From NCBI GenBank assembly GCA_030698625.1, contig JAUYMS010000040.1:21499-85498 (forward strand): 64,000 nt of DNA, given 5' to 3'. A program made the translations under genes and the position numbers. Below the pieces are notes generated by a model. That model saw only the letters and a program-made list of their open reading frames with translations. It ran no database searches and was not told where the DNA came from. This stretch comes from Candidatus Omnitrophota bacterium (GTDB lineage Bacteria > Omnitrophota > Omnitrophia > Omnitrophales > Aquincolibacteriaceae). Positions 20,431 to 28,814 of the stretch are shown here, one piece after another (the first letter of the stretch is position 1; every line of letters begins with the position of its first letter).

Positions 20431-20964
20431 TCATGCCTGCCATATCACATTTCCCGGTGGGCGCCATGAACAATTCTTGAATTCAACCATATTCCCAGGA
20501 TAGGCCCTCTTGATAAACCGTAGGGCGCGGCGAACATCGCCTTGCGACGTGTTGTCGAAATAAGCCTTACCGTCACAAGCAACGATTCTTATATTCGCAC
20601 TCATGTAAGTCGTCTATGAAATTAGAATCGAGATACTCCTTACAACGACGGCTTCCTTGCTTCTGTCGAATAAGCTGCAAATCAGGGAGTAGTACAAAAG
20701 GTTCCAAGACGGATAACCGATAGTGAGGCCGGTCTTTTTTACGGCACCCTCAATACTGCTGACACCTTTCTCCTGATCTGACAGATAGGAGTTGGGTAAT
20801 AATTCATGCCGATAATCAAAGACTCTTTTCTGCTTGTCGTTCGTTCCGCAATAATGCTGTTTGCTAATCATAAGATATTTGATGGCATTTAAAGGATAGA
20901 GGCAGGCGGGCAGAACCGTACCCCAGAGGAACTTAGGCAGACCCTTTGCCACGTTGATTTCCAC
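20431..20964 (-). pseudogene. Probable decayed class I methyltransferase (Methyltransf_24-like)
   Basis: 116-aa ORF stops at 20614 just where the SAM motif should start; shifted frame reads EYLDSNFIDDLHECEY; original frame continues GKAYFDNT...NCSWRPPGNVIWQA to a stop at 20431. Confidence 0.5.
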
Positions 20965-21059
20965 CAGTGATTTAATCCTTATATCTCATATTATGAATAA
21001 CGCGCGTGATAGCGCAGATTCTAATCAATTATGTCATTTTAGCCATCATTTAGTTGCCG

Positions 21060-21085
21060 GGGCTAAGGGGTCGGGCTAAGGGGTC
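21060..21085 (+). repeat. 13-bp tandem duplication at left boundary of transposase element
   Basis: GGGCTAAGGGGTC twice (21060-21072, 21073-21085). Confidence 0.85.
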
Positions 21086-21107
21086 AAGTCTCGACTTGAC
21101 TACATGT
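21078..21107 (-). repeat. REP-like hairpin repeat, copy 3 (left flank of transposase)
   Basis: Reverse complement identical to 6492-6521; 27/29 match to right flank. Confidence 0.95.
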
Positions 21108-21124
21108 TGTTTCCTGCGTATCAT
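21096..21124 (+). promoter_or_regulatory. Putative sigma70 promoter of the transposase; -35 inside left repeat
   Basis: TTGACT-17 bp-TATCAT, 53 bp upstream of ATG 21178. Confidence 0.65.
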
Positions 21125-21177
21125 GATATCTTCGTAACATCATTCCACAACGTAACATAACCTCTATTCACCAGCTC

Positions 21178-22164
21178 ATGGCTCGTCCACTCCGTATTGA
21201 ATTCGAAAATGCCTGGTATCACGTTATGAACCGGGGCCGGAATCACATGGACATCTTCCGGGGTGAGCACGATTACCGCGTATTTCTTGAGATTCTGACG
21301 GAGGCATGCGGCCTCTTTAACGTACAGATTGCGTCTTACTGCTTGATGTCCAATCATTACCATCTGCTGATTCATACCCCTGAGGCAAATCTTTCGCGTT
21401 TTATGCGGCATATCGACGGGGTCTATACGCAGAAATACAACCGGTCTTATCAAAAAGACGGATCTTTGTTTAAGGGGCGTTACCGTGCCGTTGTATTACA
21501 GGTTGAAAGCTATCTGTTGCGCGTCATGCGTTACATCCATCTGAATCCGGTGCAGGCGCGCATTGTCCATGATCCTACAGATTATCCCTGGTCGAGTCAT
21601 CGCGACTATATTTCAGTCAACGGCCACCCGAGTTGGCTGCTTGTAGGTTTTATCCTTAATCAATTCTCTTCGCAATCGCACCTAGCCGCAGAAGCTTACA
21701 ATCAATTCATTACGGCAGGCATTGACAGTGAGACAGAGAAATTTTACTCGCAGGTAAAACTAAAACCAATTTATGCGGATGCCACGCGAACGGCGGAAAT
21801 TAAAGAAAAGTATCTCGCTCCAAATACCCGTGAGGTGGCTGAAATCCCTGAGAGACGCAAGATCCGCGGAGAGCAAATGGCGAGCCATATCCTGCGGGCA
21901 GTTTCACAAAACTTCAGCGTAGCAGCTGCCGGCATCAAGTCATCACGGCGAGGTAAGGAAAACCTGCCGCGTCAGATGGCGATCGCCCTTGCAAGGGAGC
22001 TTTCAGGAATGACGCATCGCCAAATCGCCGATTTTTTTAATATTAACTCCTACAAAACCGTCAATAAACATTGCGATCGCTTTGCGAGCAAGATTCGCGT
22101 CAGCGACGAACTGAGTGAACAGTACAAGCAACTGAGATCAACATGTCTTCAAGTCGAGACTTGA
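21178..22164 (+). CDS. REP-associated tyrosine transposase (Y1_Tnp, HUH) with C-terminal DnaA-C-like helical domain
   Basis: MARPLRI..WYHVMNRG, YCLMSNHYHLL (HUH), GSLFKGRY, YIHLNPV (catalytic Tyr), YPWSS; C-terminal PRQMAIALARE..MTHRQIADFF. Confidence 0.92.
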   Translation: MARPLRIEFENAWYHVMNRGRNHMDIFRGEHDYRVFLEILTEACGLFNVQIASYCLMSNHYHLLIHTPEANLSRFMRHIDGVYTQKYNRSYQKDGSLFKGRYRAVVLQVESYLLRVMRYIHLNPVQARIVHDPTDYPWSSHRDYISVNGHPSWLLVGFILNQFSSQSHLAAEAYNQFITAGIDSETEKFYSQVKLKPIYADATRTAEIKEKYLAPNTREVAEIPERRKIRGEQMASHILRAVSQNFSVAAAGIKSSRRGKENLPRQMAIALARELSGMTHRQIADFFNINSYKTVNKHCDRFASKIRVSDELSEQYKQLRSTCLQVET

Positions 22165-22168
22165 CCCC
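22140..22168 (+). repeat. REP-like hairpin repeat, copy 4 (right flank; encodes transposase C-terminus and stop)
   Basis: AACATGTCTTCAAGTCGAGACTTGACCCC reads ...TCLQVET-stop and abuts ATG 22169. Confidence 0.95.
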
Positions 22169-22918
22169 ATGGACCTAACGCGGGTAAAGAAGGGGATTAA
22201 TGATATTGTTTTTCGGTGGCTGATACGGCCGCATGTCAAGAGGTTGGTGAAGTACAGTCTCAAGGATCAGCGGAAGCACTTCCTTAAGGACAGGAAGATG
22301 CATGAGCTGCTCAAGACCCGGCTTGAGTCAATTGACCTTGAGGAGCAGCTCTTCAAGGACGCCAAGCCTTGCGGCAAGCGATTTGAACTGCTTTCGCGTG
22401 CCGTGGAGCAGGCCAAACGCTTTGACGGCGGGGAGCTCTGGCTTGAGTTCGGGGTCGAGGCTGGCGCATCCATTAATCACATTGCAGGCGAAGTGCAATC
22501 GACGGTCTACGGATTTGACACCTTCACGGGTCTTCCTGAGGCATGGAAGACAGGCCTCTATCATCATGCGCGAAAGGGTAAGCGCAGTCTTGATGCCGTA
22601 CTGCCGAAGGTGGCGTCGAACGTTGAGTTGATTCCGGGGCTGTTTGAAGACACCTTACAGCCGTTCTTAGAAAAGCATGCGGAGCCCGTCGCTTTTGTCC
22701 ATATCGATTGTGACTTATACAGTTCAACAAAAACAGTGTTTCGTCAATTAAAGCTGCAAGTCGGGAGCGTGATCGCCTTCGATGAGTATTACAACTACCC
22801 AAATTGGAGAGAGGGGGAATACAAAGCCTTCCATGAGTTCTTGGCCGAAAGCCAGATGACAGCGAAGTGCCTCGGTTTTTGTCCGCGATCGGGACAGGCG
22901 GCGTTTATCCTATGCTAA
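22169..22918 (+). CDS. TylF/MycF-like class I SAM methyltransferase
   Basis: WLEFGVEAG, YGFDTFTGLPE, HIDCDLYSS, FDEY. Confidence 0.88.
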   Translation: MDLTRVKKGINDIVFRWLIRPHVKRLVKYSLKDQRKHFLKDRKMHELLKTRLESIDLEEQLFKDAKPCGKRFELLSRAVEQAKRFDGGELWLEFGVEAGASINHIAGEVQSTVYGFDTFTGLPEAWKTGLYHHARKGKRSLDAVLPKVASNVELIPGLFEDTLQPFLEKHAEPVAFVHIDCDLYSSTKTVFRQLKLQVGSVIAFDEYYNYPNWREGEYKAFHEFLAESQMTAKCLGFCPRSGQAAFILC

Positions 22919-23676
22919 GTAAAATTTTACCGAGTTCAGTGAAACGATGGTTTCATGATTTTGTGTTCAGGATCGTCCGTTCCAATTCAAGGCGTATCGT
23001 CAAGTATATCCTTGAGGACCGCCACATCCAGGAGCAGCTCAAGGCCCGACTGGAATCCATTGAGCGCGAGGATGAATTGTTTGGTGATGGGGTAATTTTC
23101 AAGAACCGCACAGGCCTTATTGAGCATGCGCTGAAACAAGTACCCGAGAGATTACGAAACGGGCTTTACCTGGAGTTTGGTGTAGCCAACGGAAAATCCG
23201 TAAACCTCATCGCGAGGAATATTCAGACGAGGGTCTATGGTTTTGATTCCTTTGAGGGACTTCCCGAGAAGTGGGTCACCGGCAAGTACAGCAGTGCGGT
23301 CCAGGGAAAACACAACCGCAACAAAACATTGCCTAAAGTGGAGCTCAATGTCGAACTCGTTCGCGGATGGTTCCACGACACTGTCCCCGGTTTCTTGCGC
23401 GACCACCCGGGTCCTGTGGCGTTTGTGCATGTCGATAGCGACCTTTATGAATCAGCGCGATACATTTTCTCACAACTAAAATTAGAAAACGAGACCGTGA
23501 TCGTTTTCGACGAGTACTTCAACTTCCCGGCCTGGAAAGAGGGCGAATATAAGGCCTTTCAAGATTTTCTGACGGCACGCGGAGCAACCGCTCGATGCAT
23601 TGGCTACTGTCCGCGAAGTCAGCAGGCGGCTTTTGTGCTCTCACTTAATTCCGAAGGAGCTCCGGCTTTTGCATAG
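22912..23676 (+). CDS. TylF/MycF-like class I SAM methyltransferase (tandem paralog)
   Basis: YLEFGVANG, YGFDSFEGLPE, HVDSDLYES, FDEY; start taken at ATG 22912. Confidence 0.88.
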   Translation: MLSKILPSSVKRWFHDFVFRIVRSNSRRIVKYILEDRHIQEQLKARLESIEREDELFGDGVIFKNRTGLIEHALKQVPERLRNGLYLEFGVANGKSVNLIARNIQTRVYGFDSFEGLPEKWVTGKYSSAVQGKHNRNKTLPKVELNVELVRGWFHDTVPGFLRDHPGPVAFVHVDSDLYESARYIFSQLKLENETVIVFDEYFNFPAWKEGEYKAFQDFLTARGATARCIGYCPRSQQAAFVLSLNSEGAPAFA

Positions 23677-25483
23677 TATCCAAACAATAGACAAACCAAC
23701 CGAGTTTTATAGCGCCTTGGAGAAGGAGGAGACTGCCTGCGTACTCTGCGGTTCTCTGCAGCATGTGCTCGTGTCAAACAGGGACCGCTATCACATGGGC
23801 ATTCGCACCGTCATGTGTCGGCAATGTGGATTGGTCTTTACGAATCCGCGCCCAAGCCAGAAGGCCATGCGGCAGTTTTACAGAGATTCCTACGCCGAGT
23901 TCTACTTCAGCACTCCGCATCCCGCCATGGATTATAGACGGGGGTCGGATATTCATAAACGGGCAAAGAGGTTATTCGGATTTATCCGGCCTATACTTGA
24001 TGCCAAGGGAAAACGTGCTCCGACCGTGTTCGATGCAGGGTGCGGATCCGGCGTACTGCTGCATCTGTTTCGTAAAGTTTACCCCACCAGTATTCTCTAC
24101 GGCGCCGAATTGAATCCGGCGCTGGCGCGCTATGCCGCTAAGCGCAACGACGCCATTGTCTATGATGGGGGAATCGAAGAAGCGGTCAGCAGCGGCACCG
24201 CCAGGCGCGGATCCTTTGATGTCATTATTCTAAATCACGTCCTTGAGCACCTCCACGATCCAGTAGGGCAGCTCGGCACCTTGCGTGAGCTTCTGAAGCC
24301 AAACGGCCATCTTTTGGTCGAGCTTCCCGACATCACATCGCCGTACTGGCGCGATCCCTATGAGATGTTCCATATCGCTCATCTGTATCACTTTTCACCG
24401 ACCACCTTGCGGGGCGTTCTAAATCGCGGAGGCTTCAATGTAATTCGAGAATTTCCGGCAAAACTTTCAGTCAACCCTTGGGCGATCGCCGTTGCCTGCG
24501 AAAGCAAGCTCGATCTACTCGACAGCCGGGACCCGTTCGAAAGTCTCAGCCGTGACAGGTTCGAAGAACTCTTCGCCAAGATTCAGGCCGTTATTTGCGC
24601 GAAAGGTTTTTCTAAATCACTCAGGCGCGCCATGCGGGCGATCCCGCCCGTTCGTTTTGTGAGGCAAGCCTTTGCCTACTGTTGGGACTACGGATTTCGC
24701 ATGGCGTTCGCCAAGGCGTCACACGTGCTTGCGGATGCGTTAGCAACTGCGGCCTATCCGGTTTTATACCCGTTTCTACGCCTGCGTTGGCGTGTGGCAC
24801 GCATCGCTAATAATCCGGTTTACGAAAAGGCCCTCCGGTCTAAGCGCGTTCTTATTTTGGGCTCCGGCCCCTCAGCGGCCGAGCTTGAGACGATTCCGAA
24901 TGATGTGGTCGTCATGACCTGCAACCGGGGGCTTCGTCTGCTGGTGGAAAAGAGGATACCGCATGCCCTCGACATCTTCGTCTGTACCGAAAGCCGCATG
25001 CAGAGGCTCCCCATGATCACGGAATGGTTATCTGAGCTTAAAACCACCACGATCTTCATGGATCATCCGGGTTTCATCAGGAAGGACAAAAAACTTCGGG
25101 ATCACTACTCGGAGGTTCGCTACGAGGACGGTCGAGACAATTTTTTCCTGAGTGACATGATTGCCCCCGAAAGGGTGCGGAATCTGAGGGGTAAATCGCG
25201 CCATCCGTGGACATCCACGAGCATTCGACAAATGCTGATCGCTCTTCATTACCAGGCCAGGGAAGTCTACTTATGCGGCGTTGATTTAGGCCGCGAGGGC
25301 TATTTCTGGGGGGTCAGCGACGCGAGCTGGGACCACGATGACATCGACGAAAACGTCCTAAAGATTGCTTCGACCAAACACCGAAATCTTTACTGCCTCT
25401 CCAAGGCCAGCCCGATTACCCAGTATATTTCGCACAAAAGCTTTGATAGCCCAGCCTATGAAACGGAGGTTGCAAATTCATGA
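23669..25483 (+). CDS. Zn-ribbon class I methyltransferase fused to DUF115/Maf-like (ILGSGPS) domain
   Basis: CxxC...CxxCG, FDAGCGSG, NHVLEH; C-terminal VLILGSGPS, TCN, LCGVDL; TTG 23669 with GAAGGAG RBS. Confidence 0.82.
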   Translation: MHSIQTIDKPTEFYSALEKEETACVLCGSLQHVLVSNRDRYHMGIRTVMCRQCGLVFTNPRPSQKAMRQFYRDSYAEFYFSTPHPAMDYRRGSDIHKRAKRLFGFIRPILDAKGKRAPTVFDAGCGSGVLLHLFRKVYPTSILYGAELNPALARYAAKRNDAIVYDGGIEEAVSSGTARRGSFDVIILNHVLEHLHDPVGQLGTLRELLKPNGHLLVELPDITSPYWRDPYEMFHIAHLYHFSPTTLRGVLNRGGFNVIREFPAKLSVNPWAIAVACESKLDLLDSRDPFESLSRDRFEELFAKIQAVICAKGFSKSLRRAMRAIPPVRFVRQAFAYCWDYGFRMAFAKASHVLADALATAAYPVLYPFLRLRWRVARIANNPVYEKALRSKRVLILGSGPSAAELETIPNDVVVMTCNRGLRLLVEKRIPHALDIFVCTESRMQRLPMITEWLSELKTTTIFMDHPGFIRKDKKLRDHYSEVRYEDGRDNFFLSDMIAPERVRNLRGKSRHPWTSTSIRQMLIALHYQAREVYLCGVDLGREGYFWGVSDASWDHDDIDENVLKIASTKHRNLYCLSKASPITQYISHKSFDSPAYETEVANS

Positions 25484-27747
25484 GGTCTGAAATCTGCCTC
25501 ATCCTCACGTCATCAATACAGCCTCTAAGCGATGAGTTCGTCCGGCGGAATGACCCCGCGTTGCGGCTCGCAGATTATAAACAGGCTTTCGAGCAATGGC
25601 TGTCGAAGCAAAGCGCCTTTCAAAAGATCGTTTACGCTGATAACTCAGGCCATTCCTTGTCCGAACTGGAGTCCGTCGCACGCAGATACCCCGCCAAACA
25701 GGTTGAATTTTTATCCTACAGAGACAGCGACTCTTCACGAGGCAAGGGCTATTGCGAACTGGGCTTGATTCGCTATGCCTTGGAGCATTCGAAGCTTATG
25801 TGCGAAACAGATTATTTCGCTAAGGCCAACGGTAGAATCTTCGTTGAAAACATAGAGGCTATTGCGCGGAGGTTACCGGCGCAATTTGACTGTGTTGCCA
25901 GTTTCAAGAAAAACCTCTGCGTTGTTCTTTCTCATTTCATTCTTTTCCGTAAGCATTCCTACCTCACGCATATCCAGCCGGCCGCGCTTCGGTTCGTCGA
26001 TGACACCCAACGGAAATATCTTGAAGAGGGGTTTGCTAAGGCGATCTTATCCGGAATCTCTCACGACATGAGGTGGTATCCCTTTCCGGCAGAGCCCCGC
26101 GTAAGCGGTATTCTCGCAACAAAGAGCAAGCGGTATGAGCAAAATGCCTGGTATTCGTTTTGGGGAACCCTCATCTCTGGTCTTTTCCATACTTTCTACG
26201 GGACCGCGAACTCCAAATCACGAATGCACGTGCTTGAGGCCCGGGCGCGGCGAGAACAGAATCAGCGCGAGAAGGGGACGACGATCTCGGTTGTTTTGAC
26301 GGTACACAATAAGGAAGGCCTCATCGAGCGGGTGATCACATCCATATTCAATAACGTCTCGCCGCTGGTCAAAGAGATCATCGTTGTTTTGGACGGCTGC
26401 ACGGACCGCTCAGAACAAATATTGAGAAAACATACCGAGTCTCAGCAAAAGAGCAAACGGATCATTTACGAATATACGCCTGACGTATTCGAAACCAAGG
26501 CGAATAATGCAGGACTCAAACGGTGCTCCTCGGACTACGCCCTGCTAATCCAGGACGATATGGTTATCGAGGAGAAGCACTTTGACCGGCGGCTGCTGCA
26601 GCCGTTCCTGCATTTTGACGATGTGTTTGCGGTTACTGCCAAAAATGCCGTCAATGATGTCATCCGCAATGGACGCGTAGTTTCTGAGGACCGAGTGAGT
26701 CCGCGCTATTTGCCGCGCAATGTCTTTGCCGTTCGCGACGTGGTCAACCGCGGTCCTCTCATGATTAAGAGGTCATGCCTGGAACAACTCGATTACCTGG
26801 ATGAGTGGTTTGCGCCTCAGGATTACGACGAGCACGATCTCTGCCTGCGCGCCTACCGCGATTTTGGCTGGGTGTGCGGTGCGTATTCCGTCCGGTATAC
26901 GTCGAAACGCGGGTGGCATTCATCCATTGTCGGAAAAAATGCGGACTTCATTACACGGGCAAAACTGCAAAATGAACAGAAAATCATCGCACGACACCGC
27001 GATCTTTTGGCGGCACCGAAGCACACTGAGGATCGGATTATAGAGTATCAGGAGTACGCGCCGCCTAGGATGTCCAAGCGACTATCGAAGGGCTGGAAAC
27101 GAATGAATCCGCTTTCCCGGACCGCCAAGCAGTCGTACAAGAAGCCCTCATCATACCCTACTTATGAATCGTATCTCGATCATCAACGGGAAAAAACATC
27201 GCATGCAGGCCGGCGTAAAAAGTGGGCCGGAAAAATCGGAGTCAAGCGGAAAGCGGCTTTCCTGGCCGCCTTTGCCCGGCATAAAGATATTCTCAGCCGC
27301 TGCAGAAATGCCGCCTGTCTTGGAGCGAGGCTCGGACAAGAAGTTGAGGTCTTGCGTGAACTGGGGCTCGATGCCATAGGGATCGATCTCGTACCCCACG
27401 AACCGCTTGTCATAAGGGGGGATTTTCACCATTTGCCCTTCGAGAATCAGTCGCAAGACTTTGTCTTCACAAACTCATACGATCATGCCCTTCGGCCGCA
27501 GCAATTTCTTGCGGAAATCGAAAGAGTATTGAAACCCGGCGGGTACGTTGTGTTTCATCTGCAAATGGGCAGAGGATTAGGAAAGTACGACGTCACTCAG
27601 ATAAGCAGCAGCAGCGAAATCATAAGTCGTTTCGACCGCGTGAGCGTCGAGAGCGACGGCCGGATGGAAGACTGTTGCGCTATGAATTGGGAGATCGTTC
27701 TTCGGAAAGAGCCATCGGAGAATCTTGTGGGGCACGGAAAATCGTGA
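25480..27747 (+). CDS. Three-domain protein: N-terminal GT-like domain, GT2, class I methyltransferase
   Basis: Central ISVVLTVHN, LDGCTD, IQDD, DEHDLC; C-terminal CLGARLGQE, GDFHHLPF, RVLKPGG. Confidence 0.8.
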   Translation: MRSEICLILTSSIQPLSDEFVRRNDPALRLADYKQAFEQWLSKQSAFQKIVYADNSGHSLSELESVARRYPAKQVEFLSYRDSDSSRGKGYCELGLIRYALEHSKLMCETDYFAKANGRIFVENIEAIARRLPAQFDCVASFKKNLCVVLSHFILFRKHSYLTHIQPAALRFVDDTQRKYLEEGFAKAILSGISHDMRWYPFPAEPRVSGILATKSKRYEQNAWYSFWGTLISGLFHTFYGTANSKSRMHVLEARARREQNQREKGTTISVVLTVHNKEGLIERVITSIFNNVSPLVKEIIVVLDGCTDRSEQILRKHTESQQKSKRIIYEYTPDVFETKANNAGLKRCSSDYALLIQDDMVIEEKHFDRRLLQPFLHFDDVFAVTAKNAVNDVIRNGRVVSEDRVSPRYLPRNVFAVRDVVNRGPLMIKRSCLEQLDYLDEWFAPQDYDEHDLCLRAYRDFGWVCGAYSVRYTSKRGWHSSIVGKNADFITRAKLQNEQKIIARHRDLLAAPKHTEDRIIEYQEYAPPRMSKRLSKGWKRMNPLSRTAKQSYKKPSSYPTYESYLDHQREKTSHAGRRKKWAGKIGVKRKAAFLAAFARHKDILSRCRNAACLGARLGQEVEVLRELGLDAIGIDLVPHEPLVIRGDFHHLPFENQSQDFVFTNSYDHALRPQQFLAEIERVLKPGGYVVFHLQMGRGLGKYDVTQISSSSEIISRFDRVSVESDGRMEDCCAMNWEIVLRKEPSENLVGHGKS

Positions 27748-28814
27748 AGCTCATCTATTTCTCGCAATCTCTTGGGAAGTCGGGATCGTATCAGCGAGCC
27801 GCCGCCGATGAGCTTGCGCGTCAGCATGACGTTCATTTTTACGGGCCGGGATACGACGGGTTTGATAAACGGGCCGAGGTAGCCGATGTTATTGCCGCTG
27901 CCCCATGGGGCAGCCCGGACTTACTCCTTATCGGACACAACTGGTTGTCCGACAAACCCGGAGAGGCGCGCAGTGCCTCAGCCGCCATACACTTTGCCGA
28001 CACTTCTCTTCCGAAGGTTGCAATACTTAATAAAGAATACGTCAATCTTGATGCCAAGCTGCGGTATATGTCAGACAACAAAATCGATTTGGCTTTCACG
28101 CATCACCATGACACCAGGGCATACGAGAAGCGCACGGGAATCCCTTTCTCGTTCTTCCCGTTTGCGGTAGACCCCGAGAAATTTTCAGCGAACGGTAAGC
28201 GAAAGGATATCGATCTCTTTTTTACCGGAATCCTCAGGAATCCGTCTTGCCCTGAAACTCAGACAGATGCCCGTGCCGAAGCCCAGCATAAGTTGTTTTA
28301 CCACTGGGGGCTCACGCGACTAGCCAAGCGCATCCCGTATTGGAAGTACCGTTTTCAATGGCGGACGTACGACCAAAAGCATTTATCGGCGTTGTCACTT
28401 TTTAGGAACGGCAGTTTCTTCGCCGATGACGCTCGTTTCGGGATCGCAGAGTATGGCTGTGCCATGGCGCGCAGCCGTGTCTGTTTTACGGGGCTCTCGC
28501 CCCTCGGTTTAGTCGGCTCGCGATACTACGAAGCCATGGCGGCCGGGTCTCTGGTGATATGCCCGCGCGAGACTGTTTATGACGGACTCTTTGAGGACGG
28601 TAAGCACTGTGTAATGTTCCGGCCGGACTTCAGCGACTTCGAGGAGAAATTACGTTATTACCTTGATCACGAATCGGAACGCCGCGCCATTGCCGATACT
28701 GCTTATCGACATGTCATCACTCACCACACATGGGAAAAGCGCATCGATGTCATGGCGAAGGAAATAAAAACGCGACTACTGCCAAGCAACGTGCCGATCG
28801 GGGGTAAAGCGTGA
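27744..28814 (+). CDS. GT-B glycosyltransferase (CgeB/Glyco_trans_1_2-like)
   Basis: PFAVDP, DLFFTG, RYYEAMAAG, HTWEKR; GTG 27744 overlaps upstream stop. Confidence 0.82.
   Translation: MKLIYFSQSLGKSGSYQRAAADELARQHDVHFYGPGYDGFDKRAEVADVIAAAPWGSPDLLLIGHNWLSDKPGEARSASAAIHFADTSLPKVAILNKEYVNLDAKLRYMSDNKIDLAFTHHHDTRAYEKRTGIPFSFFPFAVDPEKFSANGKRKDIDLFFTGILRNPSCPETQTDARAEAQHKLFYHWGLTRLAKRIPYWKYRFQWRTYDQKHLSALSLFRNGSFFADDARFGIAEYGCAMARSRVCFTGLSPLGLVGSRYYEAMAAGSLVICPRETVYDGLFEDGKHCVMFRPDFSDFEEKLRYYLDHESERRAIADTAYRHVITHHTWEKRIDVMAKEIKTRLLPSNVPIGGKA

Larger units (their letters stand above)
21080..22168 (+). mobile_element. RAYT-like HUH transposase element bounded by inverted hairpin repeats
   Basis: GGGGTCAAGTC...transposase...GACTTGACCCC. 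Confidence 0.8.

Noticed and set aside
21880-22164. C-terminal DnaA-like helix as a dnaA fragment or replication origin
   Set aside because: It is in frame with the Y1 transposase, a common architecture; no AAA+ domain or DnaA-box cluster seen
6492-22168. The four 29-30 bp palindromic repeats as a CRISPR array or integron attC sites
   Set aside because: They are 1-9 kb apart in mixed orientation, with no spacer-sized intervals, no cas genes, no tyrosine-recombinase integrase and no RYYYAAC/GTTRRRY ends
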